The position numbers and the translations under genes are program-made. From Laetmonice hystrix (Eukaryota): a stretch of DNA of 64,000 nucleotides. Where the stretch lies: positions 18,662,001 through 18,726,000 of the forward strand of contig OZ249439.1 of NCBI GenBank assembly GCA_965235115.1, given 5' to 3'. Positions 52,901-63,017 of this stretch are shown piece by piece. Below the pieces are notes generated by a model. The model saw only the letters and a program-made list of their open reading frames with translations, did not search any database and had not been told where the DNA came from. How positions within the stretch are numbered: the stretch's first letter is position 1; every line of letters starts with the position of its first letter.

Positions 52901-55900
52901 GACAGCACTATCTGTCGGGGTCATCCTCCATCTAACCCGGAGAGCGGCACACCGACCACATCATGTAGACCCGGCCTGGAGGCCAGCCTCAGACCAACAG
53001 GCTCGTTTGGTATTGACTCACCCTTGGAACGCCCTGTCTTGCTCGGCCTCAAAATGCATGTCAAGACATGCATTGCGGAGCCGGGCGGTGCATTGCGGAG
53101 CCGGGCGGTGGGCCCTGTGAAACTGTCATTGTTGTGGCAGACGGACAGCTCCCGCTCCTCATGTGTTTCCAATACAGTCACTGCACAGACCGGTGTTTGC
53201 TTTGAAAACACCCTCGGCGGAACTGTTAACAGACCTAAAGGTCTTCACTGAAATGTTGTGAGGTATGGGGCCCCCACTCACATATGAAAAGCAACTGTGA
53301 AAATCTTATCTAATCGCAGAATGCCTTAGCCAAGTAGAGACTAAAAGGACTTGCGCATTTTTTAGAATACTTTGGAAGAAAATATATGATTTGAGGAGTG
53401 ACGGAAGACAGTGGTAGTGAAAAGGTTACATTCTGTGCTGGAATTGTTAGAACGATTTCAGGGTTGAAGACTGTAGGTATAGAGGCTGAGTGGAAAGGTT
53501 ACATTTGTAGGAAAGTTTTGAGTTATGGAGACTGGGAGGACCAAAGTGCCGTTCCATCAAGTGATAGGTTGTGTCATTGAGGAGGATGGAGCCGGCAGTT
53601 GGGACGGTGTGTGAAGATGTAAAGCTGTCAGCACACCACTCCTCTATTCCACCCAACGACGTGACTAAACACTGCAGTTTGTGAACATTTATCATAGTCG
53701 GTCATGTAAGCTTGGTGGTCAGGGACACGGTACCGCCTCTCACCTCTTATCTCAGTGGGGAAACACCCAGAAATACTAGAGGAGCAGATATCATAGCCCC
53801 CTGGGGTCTCACATACTTGTATATTTACACAAAAAGTTGAGAAACATTTATGTATTGGCTACGGCAAGGCCGTGGGATGGGGAAGGAGACGATCAAAGTT
53901 GTAAGCTCTGAAAATAGGTTGGCGGCAACAACTAGGCCCAGATTGTTCCCGCCAATTTTGTGGGTAAGCCACGTTGAGCACGTAGGCGTGTGTAAAGGAT
54001 TCCAGCTCACGATCTTAAAGCTCCCTCGTCCATTCTTGTGGATTGTGTATTCTGACCAAAGCTAGGATTACATCTTGAATTTTTGCGATTACTGACTCCT
54101 CCCCATTTAACGCTATATTTGTATGTCACTGTCCCCCACAGGTGGGTCGTCACCAGCAACAGTTCCCCCTCACGAGATTGTTCAATATCCACTCGGCAAG
54201 TCTTTACAACAAGACATCCCACCGCAGGAGTTCTGGAGGACTCAGTTCTACATGCCCAAGTCACAATTTGTCAAGTATAACTTCACAGTGCCCAGTACAG
54301 GGGTCATAGGTGTTTACGGGCGCAAAAATATCCAACCCACGCATACCCAATACGACTTTTTCCACATTCTGGATGGCTCAAAACTGGCGTCAAGACCAAA
54401 GAGGACTGTCTCAAAGAGGGTACGTCACCACGACTGTACTTCACTGCAGTCATTCAAAGTGTCTGAATCATAAAGAGAGTAACTGAGTACTTACAGGATT
54501 CACAGGCCTGTATTTTCTTCCTTCAGTCACAATCTGGCAGTGATTATCGATATAAATCAGTCAGAGAAAGCGTGCATTCACTATCACTGGTTATAGATGT
54601 CATTGCTTGTATATAAACAGGAAACATCGGATGAAGCCAAAGACTCAGCGTTCATCAACTACATGGAAGCTGGACTGTGGTACGTCTTCCTCTTCAATGA
54701 TGGAGATAAGGCCCAGAAAGTGTCCTTTATTGGATCACAATACAGTAAGTGTGGACTTCAGGTCGGCTTGAAGATCGACTCTTTTTTCTGAGACTATTGT
54801 AACTGCACTTCATTACGACATTTATTGTTCGTTGTAGGAAGTCTATATTTTTATTATCTTTTGTTAGAATTGCATGTTTTCTTGACGTTATTGATTAGTT
54901 CAGATCTCCTCGTAGATGTATAAATTTAAAGCACAAAACACGCGCAAGCAGAGAAATTCACCAGTTGATTGAAGTGAACAGTAAAAGGAGTATAAAAACG
55001 GTCATGTTGTAATGATGGGGGTACCTCCACCAGAGACAGTTTTTGAGATACAGGCGTGGAAGAGAGTCTAATGGAAGTGGGACTAGACAGTGACTGTGTT
55101 GGGAAATGATGTGCAGAGATTGTATCTACAAGGTATGTTGAATGTCTGTGTTTCAGCAGACAAAGTGTCGGACTGTCCTGAAGGTTGTCATGGTCGCGGG
55201 GACTGTGTCAGCAAGTCGTGTGTCTGTTTCCCCGGATACACGAGCTGGGACTGTAGCCAGAGTAAGTGTGTTCTACTCGCAGTTTGGCAGTCTGTTTTTA
55301 TGTGTAATTTTAACTTCGCTGCTCGAGGACACATTAAACAAACCACTGTGGAATAGGAACATGAATCCTCTTTCATTATTTTCTCCCTTTTTAAATAATC
55401 AGAGAGATAAACCTCTTGGCAGTAAGAAAATGCGGAAAGGAAACGTTTTCCTTCTCGGAAAAGGTCTCCATCCTTTGCACCGGGAGCCATTAGATGAGAT
55501 TTAAATGTCAAGTCAACATAATCTTACCAGTACCCCTAGTTCGTAATTTGGCAGATTTGTGAGCAAATGTCTTTATGATGTGATGTTAGGCATGAAGGTC
55601 CGCAAGAGAATTAACTCTTAGGAAGAGACTTAATTATGTGGTGGAGAAAAATATTCAGCAAGAAGGGTCTAATGAAGCATTGGCGTCCCAAGGAATTTCA
55701 AAGACGGGATTTCTGCCGTAGTAACGATGCAGGGACACCGGGCGAAATCCCGTACGCATAATTCACGATGAAAGCGAAAACAGTTCCACTCCTCCCTGAA
55801 GGACACATTGAATTATTTTAATCTATTAGTAAGTGTTCTGACTGTTCTAAGTGTTGAACTTTAGGGTTCAATGTGACAGGGCCCCACATGAAGTGACCGT

Positions 55901-58849
55901 GTCATATGTTGTTATGAAGGTTGTCTGTATAAATCTGGTTGATTCATAAGTAAGCGAGCATGAAACCCATTCCACATGGCGTGTTATCAGTTGTCTGTGA
56001 CCGTACATGTCAGAATGTCGGATATGACTGGAATGATCTCAATAGTTGATGTCTGGCGTGTTACAAACAGGGGCATTATACCAGCGGGTCCAAACATCTT
56101 ACCCTTGGGAGCATGTAACCCAGACTTCACTCAGACAGGGGGTTGGGTGGGGTTGGGGGGTTAGGTACGGACTATCCATAGGTTCCCAGGGGTAGTTTCC
56201 CCCCCTAAATATGAAACAAGATTATACATAGAAAGAGTATGCCAAGGCGGTGTGTGTAACGTGAACTGTTTGGTTTCGGTACAGCTGTGTGTCCGGTGCT
56301 GTGTCAGGGTAACGGGGTGTACGTGAGGGGTGAGTGCCAGTGTTACCCCGGCTGGAAGGGCAAGGAGTGCGACGTACCCGAGGACGAGTGTGAAGTACCT
56401 ACCTGTCACGGCAATGGGAAATGTATCAACGGTCGGTGTATCTGTTCGCCAGGATACGGCGGCAAGCACTGCAAGCAAGGTAAGAACTACCCGCTGGGGA
56501 CACAGTCCTCATACCACCAGGTGGCGCCGTGGTCGACACTCTCACATTGTGCCGTCCAAAGTCATCGGTGTAAATAATCATTCCAAATCATCTCGGGTAG
56601 GCGGAGCTACTTATTTGTCACAAATACAGGGATTACACAGAAAGCAGATGACTTAACGATGCATAGTGGGACGTCGTACACATGTGAATTTTGATGTGTT
56701 TTGTATGTGAGAGTGAGAAATGTACATATGTATCCACACTGTAATATGAATGCCTTGCTTGAGTTTAGTCACACGGATATTTGGTTGTTTAGTATTTGTA
56801 AATGTGAGAGTACTGCCAAGTTTTGATTTGCCTAACGTAGTTTGGGACGTGTTCATCATAATCATATAATGGGAATTTCCACAGCTCAGAGTGAAAAACC
56901 CACAACAGTGTAAAATCCTTTATTACTGGGGGACATTCTTACACTGCAGCCAACAGCTAGTCATTGGGGCCTTATACTTTTTATAGCATTAGATTTAATC
57001 CTTCCTCTTTTAATTAATGGTGCCGTGTGAGGGCATTCTTAAATTGCATGAGTTAGGAGAGTATGTGTCCGTGTCAAGCCTGCCCTGATTCATTCAGACA
57101 TCAAACTGTAGGAGAAACCTTGCTTACACACTGGGCTGTGGTGGAGGAATGTCTGCTAGTAGAGTTGTGGTAATTTTCCTAATGCACAAGCACACCCTCG
57201 GCTTCTCATTAATTTCTGACATTGACGATGCCTCTACCGTATGATTCGGAGCTCCATACCCTATAATGGCTGATTTAAAAGCTTGCCAGCAACACACTTT
57301 AATTACACCATCTATGGATGTGGGCATCACAATGTGCCAGGGTGTGTGATCTATGAATGCCTGTCATTTGTTGTATTATCAGTAGCCGTCACACTAGTGT
57401 AGCCGGTGAGGGGGCCAGTTAATGCACCGCTGTCGATCTTTTGTTTTGCTTGGCCAGCACCCAAGTATTGCCTAAACACCGCTGACATTTTTCACTTTGA
57501 CTGTTTAAGGGTTTGGGTTGTTGTTATTTGCATGATGTTTCCTGTATGGCAGTTCCCGGTCGGAGGTTGGGTTCCATCCAGTAGGTCGGCACACCCCGTA
57601 ACAGTTTATAACTTAAATCAATCCCCTGCTATGGTTTGACTTAACTCCCACGGTCCCACCTTCCCCTTTCTGCATCTGTTTTCTCAAAAAGGGGAGAGAG
57701 GGAAGCGCCTCCCCAATATCAGACAGACCATTACGTAGGAGAGAAAAGAGGGTGAACATTTTATATTTAAACATACCTACACATTCATATAAGAGGGATA
57801 TAGATTTTTGAGGGTTCAAGGAGAAATCGGTTTATATTGTCCGTACGTTATCTTTCGTAAATATCTATTGACAATTATTTATTGTTCTCGGGCTGGTTCC
57901 TCATATTGTAGTCCTGTGAAAATAAGGCCAGTCTATGAATACATGAAAGAGATCACATGTCTACAGGCATGTTAATATGAAGGGAATACGTGATCCATGA
58001 GCTATAGGGTTAAATATTCTCATTGATGACTGAACGAAAGAAAACCATAGAAGCAGAAAATACAATTATAGATGAAACTGTAGCACCTATTTTATTTGGA
58101 CCGTTTTATAGGCCCCAGTAAGTGTAAAAGTGTCTTTAGGGAAGTGGAAGATGAAGGCAGTGTAGGCTTTCTAATTAGTCTTCTCCTGTGAGACTCTTCT
58201 GGTCCGATAATTGCAGCACGTTTCACAAGAGTATAATTGGCTACTGGCCATAGGGGATGAACATCATGCAAAAACATACTTTATGGTATTGATTGGGCAC
58301 GTATCACAAATTATAACGTATCAAGTCCTCTGTGGTGCACGAATACATCGGTCTGTGTTACTCTTCATATTAGCCATTAATGACATTGACCCCCTTTTTC
58401 ATGGTGGAGTTAAAATTCTCATGGTAAAACATGGATGGTATCAGAGCCGAGTAATGTTGCACCATGGAGACTTGAGAATGTAAGAATGGATGCAGTGTTT
58501 GATATCAGTCAGATCATGCTGATCATTGCTGAGCACTATAACTGATAGTAGTGCGACAGATGCAATGGGAGGAAGGCAATAGTTGGGTCAGAGGCCAGGG
58601 GGCTAATCTTTGCTTTGGTTCTCACTGTGTTTTCAGTTGACTGTCTAATGCCTAACTGTTCGGGGAATGGTGTGTGCGTAGATGGTCAGTGTCACTGCTG
58701 GCGTGGCTACACAGGTCCCGATTGCAGCCTGGAAGAGCCTGTAAATGTGACAGTGTGCTCCCCAAACTGTTCGGGTCAGGGGGTCTACCACCCTAGCACA
58801 CTCTCTTGCACGTGCGCACCCGGCTGGACCGGACCGCAGTGCCAAGTCG
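28777..58849 (+). CDS. Tenm: Teneurin, 5' partial: join(28777..28975,39607..39948,45394..45603,46093..46363,50281..50498,51163..51267,54142..54419,54621..54744,55157..55261,56285..56479,58637..58849); continues beyond the window
   Basis: All 11 exons have GT-AG boundaries with matching phases (1,1,1,2,1,1,0,1,1,1,1) and give one stop-free frame of 2260 nt. Domain order is intracellular domain, RCSWRC plus hydrophobic helix, [14 protein letters not shown]...VYGRK...[19 protein letters not shown], then tenascin-type EGF repeats with Tyr replacing the third Cys in repeats 2 and 5. This is the diagnostic teneurin architecture. Paralog assignment (Ten-m vs Ten-a) was not determined. Confidence 0.97.
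36926..36935 (+). promoter_or_regulatory. PBX-MEIS/PREP decamer TGATTGACAG
   Basis: Exact match in coding intron 1, followed by CAGCTG and TTAATTG. Confidence 0.45.
39607..39948 (+). CDS. Tenm: Teneurin coding exon 2 (intracellular; LTPDENH...His-rich...[10 protein letters not shown])
   Basis: Acceptor tgtttgtgtag| with CTAAT about 28 nt upstream and donor ACAG|gtaata. 342 nt, phase 1-1, open frame. TPDENH resembles the SDHEN-type intracellular motif. Confidence 0.88.
43837..43896 (+). other. Candidate alternative 60-nt teneurin exon ([20 protein letters not shown])
   Basis: Acceptor tgcttcttgtactcag|, 60 nt, phase 1-1, stop-free in the teneurin frame. The donor (GGAG|gtttgc) is weak. No transcript evidence is available. 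Confidence 0.3.
45394..45603 (+). CDS. Tenm: Teneurin coding exon 3 (intracellular, Pro-rich; [24 protein letters not shown]...[22 protein letters not shown])
   Basis: Acceptor ttacctccag| and donor CAGG|gtaagt. 210 nt, phase 1-1. Polyproline segment as in teneurin intracellular domains. Confidence 0.92.
46093..46363 (+). CDS. Tenm: Teneurin coding exon 4 (intracellular, Pro/Gln-rich)
   Basis: Acceptor ccctgttag| and donor ACAG|gtgagt. 271 nt, phase 1-2, which is exactly the phase needed to join the TM exon. Confidence 0.9.
49501..49514 (+). promoter_or_regulatory. CTCF consensus motif
   Basis: CCACCAGGGGGCAC matches CCRSYAGRKGGCRS at all 14 positions. Binding is untested. Confidence 0.45.
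50281..50498 (+). CDS. Tenm: Teneurin coding exon 5: transmembrane exon ([10 protein letters not shown]...[32 protein letters not shown])
   Basis: Read manually; absent from the ORF track. Acceptor gattttctag| and donor GTCG|gtaagt. A basic stretch and the CSWRC motif (CSWKC family) precede a ~20-residue hydrophobic helix starting near 50438, consistent with type II topology. Confidence 0.96.
50644..51162. repeat. 37-bp minisatellite filling the intron between teneurin exons 5 and 6
   Basis: Unit ggagaggattgtaagggtatgc(at/aa/ct)ggtgttgtgtatt. 13 full units plus a diverged last unit that ends in the acceptor tatttcag. Confidence 0.98.
51163..51267 (+). CDS. Tenm: Teneurin coding exon 6: juxtamembrane extracellular ([34 protein letters not shown])
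   Basis: Read manually; absent from the ORF track. Acceptor gtgtatttcag| and donor AAGG|gtaagt. 105 nt, phase 1-1. Carries the LNW motif that follows the TM helix in teneurins. Confidence 0.9.
54142..54419 (+). CDS. Tenm: Teneurin coding exon 7 (pre-EGF extracellular domain, part 1)
   Basis: Acceptor cccccacag| and donor GAGG|gtacgt. 278 nt, phase 1-0. Encodes [18 protein letters not shown] and [23 protein letters not shown]. Confidence 0.97.
54621..54744 (+). CDS. Tenm: Teneurin coding exon 8 (pre-EGF extracellular domain, part 2; [18 protein letters not shown])
   Basis: Acceptor taaacag| and donor TACA|gtaagt. 124 nt, phase 0-1. The G.W...F.NDG motif is typical of teneurins. Confidence 0.96.
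55157..55261 (+). CDS. Tenm: Teneurin coding exon 9 (EGF1; [30 protein letters not shown])
   Basis: Six-Cys EGF. Acceptor tttcagcag allows a start at 55157 or 55160. Donor CAGA|gtaagt, phase 1-1. Confidence 0.96.
56285..56479 (+). CDS. Tenm: Teneurin coding exon 10 (EGF2 and EGF3)
   Basis: [64 protein letters not shown]. Acceptor ggtacag| and donor CAAG|gtaaga. 195 nt, phase 1-1. Confidence 0.98.
58637..58849 (+). CDS. Tenm: Teneurin coding exon 11 (EGF4 and EGF5)
   Basis: [29 protein letters not shown]...[32 protein letters not shown]. Acceptor gtgttttcag| and donor GTCG|gtgagt. 213 nt, phase 1-1. Confidence 0.97.
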
Positions 58850-60264
58850 GTGAGTTTGCAGTGCTGCTATCGCATTGGCGCACAATGTTTACATGAATAA
58901 TTAATAATTATGGAAATGAGGACTATTATAACAGGATGGCGGTACCTGGAAAACGGTTATACTAATCAATCCAATAATTTACTAATACAATAACCTCCAG
59001 ACATCAGTAACTCAAATGCCATGCTTGATTTAATCCATACGAAAACAATCTTTCCACAAAATCACATGCAGCCTCCTTGAATAGGCTCCAGAACAAGAAC
59101 TTAATTTGCACATCTTTACATAAACAGATCCTTGATCATCTGCAGCAGCTCAAGCTTATGAGGTGTCCTCGGTTGTGTTAAACAAATATTTACTCCGTGT
59201 GGTATCTAGATTTGAAAACTGGGACAAATTGGAATTGACGATGTGCGAAAAAAAGTTTGAAATTGGAAGAGTGCAGTTCACTTTGGAGAGAAAAAGAGGG
59301 GGATAGGCCCGTGGTGGAGATACCGGAGATACCACTTTGTAACGTAGAGAGCGGAACGTGTTGAACTTGCTGGGCTGTTGTGACTTGGGAGTGTGAGATG
59401 GGACACCCCAAGTTTGGGTGATATATGATGCTGAGGTCTGGCCGGCCCATTCCGCCGACTGCCGTAACCCCAGCTCTAACACGCCACCTCCACCACTGAA
59501 AGGGCCCCAGATAACGCGCCCGTCCCATCCCCGTCGTTTGGACAAATACCACACACCTAAGGAAGTTCCCGACATTTGGCCAGAAGTCATCTCCTGTGAA
59601 CACTTCAGAAATCAGAGTATGACACGCCAGTGGCCTGGTCACAATATTCAGTTATTTGGATGCCAAACATTTGGCTTGCCACAACTGGTCGAGTCGGCTA
59701 ATATTAGACGCTCTGTGTGGAACTGCCAAAGCTGTTGATATCTCGATCATCTCCGGGGACGGTTATAGCCAGAGTCCTTTCATCAGTTGCCATCGAGGCC
59801 CTTTTATCTGGGATCTGATTTGGTCTGATGTTCATTCCAATGGCTTTCAGTGGTCACATGTGTCAGCTTGACCAAGGGCCAATACTGGCCCTTCTATCAG
59901 TGGCCTGCCCTCCCGCTGCCAGTAGCATCCAATTTATAGTCCTTGCGTCAACCGGCTGACCTTTAAGCCCAGATAGATTATACCGGCGAGGGAAGGGTGA
60001 AAGCTCCCGGAAACTTTTATCCCCTCTCACAGAACAGTTTTTAACGAATCGTCAAAAATGGATTTTTCTCGAATTCCTGAAAAAGATTAATGTGTTTGGA
60101 AGAGGATGAAGAAGTTTGATCATCTACGCATTTCTCTTCAGTATATCATGTGTACTGTAGGCTTTATTCTATTCCTGATCCTTAGGTCAGATTACATTAA
60201 ACAGGAAAAGATGAATTGATTATCACTTTAGATTTAGCATGGCATCATCTCTATGAAATCAGGA

Positions 60265-60425
60265 CAGTGCCTTTATACGATGTACAGCCTCCTCTGTGCC
60301 TTTATACGAGAGGATGTACAGCCTCCTCTGTGCCTTTATACGAGAGGGTGTACAGCCTCCTCAGTGCCTACGAGAGGATGTACAGCCTCCTCAGTGCCTT
60401 TATACGAGAGGATGTACAGCCTCCT
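60265..60425. repeat. About 34-bp tandem repeat, 5 copies (29,34,34,30,34 bp)
   Basis: Unit c(a/t)gtgcctttatacgagaggatgtacagcctcct. Confidence 0.95.
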
Positions 60426-62533
60426 CAAGTGTATTGTTGGGTTCTACTGTCAATTAGGAATGAACAGTTACGTGTCTGTGCTGGCTCGGTGGCGATCAGG
60501 ATGCCTTGTTGTAACAGCAGCTCAGACAGAGTGATATATTGGTGCTACACACTGACGAAACCCACACGTCTGCAGAAATGAGCTTACAGTGAGGGTCACT
60601 GCTAATGGCAGCAGAGGTCATGGCTACTTACAGGCCCGGAGAGAGGTAATCAGGTGGGTGTAGTGTGGCACTCCGCAGACAGATGACGCTGCGCCATGTC
60701 TCCTTGCCAGCCGTTGACGATGCCCTCGTCATTCTGGTCCTTCCCCCTGCTAGACTTTCTCCTGGTAAAGATTTATGATGAAGTACAGAGCTACTTAGGA
60801 CATTTGTTAATTAGTTTCGCATCCTCTAACACAGACAAATCGTGACGAGTGAGACGTCTGAAGTTTTCGTTCAGTCTTCTCTGTGTCTGTTAAAATGTCA
60901 GCAATCTTTAAGATGTCTGAGGACATTTCGCTCCTAGTAGGCAGAAACTCTGATTGCATTAATTTAATACCGTCCAACCAGTCTGGGAACATGTTTACTA
61001 CGCTTCCTATGTACCACGTAAAATGTGAAGATTACAGTTTGTATGGTGTGTGTGTGTGGGCGGACAGAGATTGTGTGGATTTCTGATCCAACTCCAGATG
61101 GATGACAGAGGGAGTGTTGAGTTGTCCTCCTGCTGTGGGCGGTTCGTTACAAAAACCATGAGGTCCTGGCCAGGGCCTGCCAGGGCCTGCCAGGGCCTGC
61201 TGAGCACGATGGTTGAGGTAAATTAGGCACCCTACCTGTCATCACTCACATGGGATCGACTGTAAGAATGTGTTTCTACAGAAAAACAGAACAATGGCAC
61301 AGGGCTTGCAATCAAACCCCCCTATATGCCTACCATGTGGATTGCGAGGGAGGGTTAGATTCTGTTACCGGCGGTACTTTAGCTTGGAGACATTGAATAA
61401 CAAACTTACGCCTAATAAACTCAGAAGGCAGTCGGTGTGATGACAAAATCTAAGGACCTTTGCTACGGAGAACAAACAACATGTCACGTGTAAGTGAGAC
61501 AGTAGAGATTGAGTGCCACTGAAACATCCAGAGAATGTAAAGGGAAGGGGCGCTGAACGTTTATATAGCAATGTGATCAAAGACAGCGAAAAAAGCAAAG
61601 GAAAGGATTTGTCCTCAGTATTTTTGTTAACCCTATGCTCAACATTAGTCGGGGGAGATATGTAGCAATTTAGGATCGTCAGTGGTTTAGTAGGGTGGCA
61701 TGAGTGAGATGCCTGAAGGCTCTCCCAACATGTGGCTCAGGGAGCTGTAGGCCTTAGATAAAAAAATGTAAAAAGGCGGTCGGGCTGAAGATGAGGAGGT
61801 TGGTGTTGGTGCCATCTGTCCCTCAGCACAGCAGCTGCTGTAGCCGGCATGACGGCGGTAGCTCGGGGTCGGGTCAGTCAGAGTGGATTAACGTCCGTAT
61901 TAATTGAGAACTAGAGCGTCTGATGAGACCTTTGATCCTTGCCGGGTGTTGAAATGAGCCGAAACTGTTAGTCAAGGGTTTCATTAAGTACAAGATAAGG
62001 ACAGTGAGGGTGATGATAGTGTAGAGGGGTGATGGCCAGAGGGGGTTGTAGGAATACCCCCCCCCTCCCCATGGAGTGCCCACAAACGCTGCACAGACGC
62101 TTGTTATGGCATGCGTACGGCCGTACGTCTGGTCGGTAGGTCGGCAGGTCGGCGCCAGCCCCGCCCAGACCTACACGCCTGGTCAGGATGGAGAGGATGG
62201 AGAGTTGGGGCGGCAGTGCACGGCTTGATGAAGGCCTCATCTTGATGAACCCTCGGGCCTCACACACCAGCCCACAGACAACCAGACAGATTTGTCACCC
62301 TCCTTATCGACGATTTGGCACCATTTTATTTGATTTGTGTAAATAGTGGGCTGCAAAGTCCACGATTTGGGATCAGCATAAATCTGTCTATGCATAGATT
62401 CAAATCAAGATCCATCTTGTGTGGATTAAAACTTTACAGTTGCCTCATTCGTCCTGGCATTGTTGTGGTCACCGTGAAAATTTCGCTCCAAGAAACAGCC
62501 TCTTATAAACGGCGTCTGTGGTGATCAACTTTG

Positions 62534-62588
62534 GCGCCCTCTAGTGTTCAGTGGAGAATGCGTGGGCATCTGTGGCGCCAGCTAGCGG
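62534..62588 (-). promoter_or_regulatory. Pair of CTCF-like motifs in reverse orientation
   Basis: The minus strand reads ACACTAGAGGGCGC (62534-62547) and CCGCTAGCTGGCGC (62575-62588). Each has one mismatch to CCRSYAGRKGGCRS. Confidence 0.35.
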
Positions 62589-63017
62589 TGAATGACCCGT
62601 AACACCAATCAGTGCTCCAGCACTTACCACACTCATCAGACTTGAACAACTAAACAGTGCACACACTCTCATAACAAAACCTGAGCTGTGAGTAGAGTAA
62701 AATCATGTATGGCATGTTCAAATCCATTAAAGCATGGGATATTGTGTCGAAGGAGGTCACCCATTTTAAGCTGAATGAACCGAAATCGGCATGCCTCCAA
62801 AAGGAAAACTCCCTCTGCCAATCTTCAGTTTCGTTTTCATACTTTTGATCTCTGAATCATTAAAGCTTGTTTTCCATTCATACTTGTTTGGTCGAATGTT
62901 GTCTTTGTTAAAGAATTCCTGCTGTATCTGCATGCTTTGTGTTGTATGCATTCTAAAGTATATGAGTTTCTGGTTGCTATGCATTTGAGCCCTATAGTCT
63001 TTACAGGAACGTGATAG

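Noticed and set aside
28777-58849. Link to the bacterial-toxin-like (YD/RHS, Tox-GHH) part of teneurins
   Set aside because: Those domains are C-terminal and not in this window, so nothing about them can be claimed here.
12523-61200. Small local duplications (20 bp at 12523-12562, 17 bp at 33408 and 33442, aggataagga block at about 39198-39275, 20 bp at 53070-53109, 11-bp units at about 61166-61200)
   Set aside because: Ordinary slippage products with no evidence of function.
62114-62127. Perfect 14-bp palindrome CGTACGGCCGTACG
   Set aside because: About four palindromes of this length are expected by chance in 64 kb.
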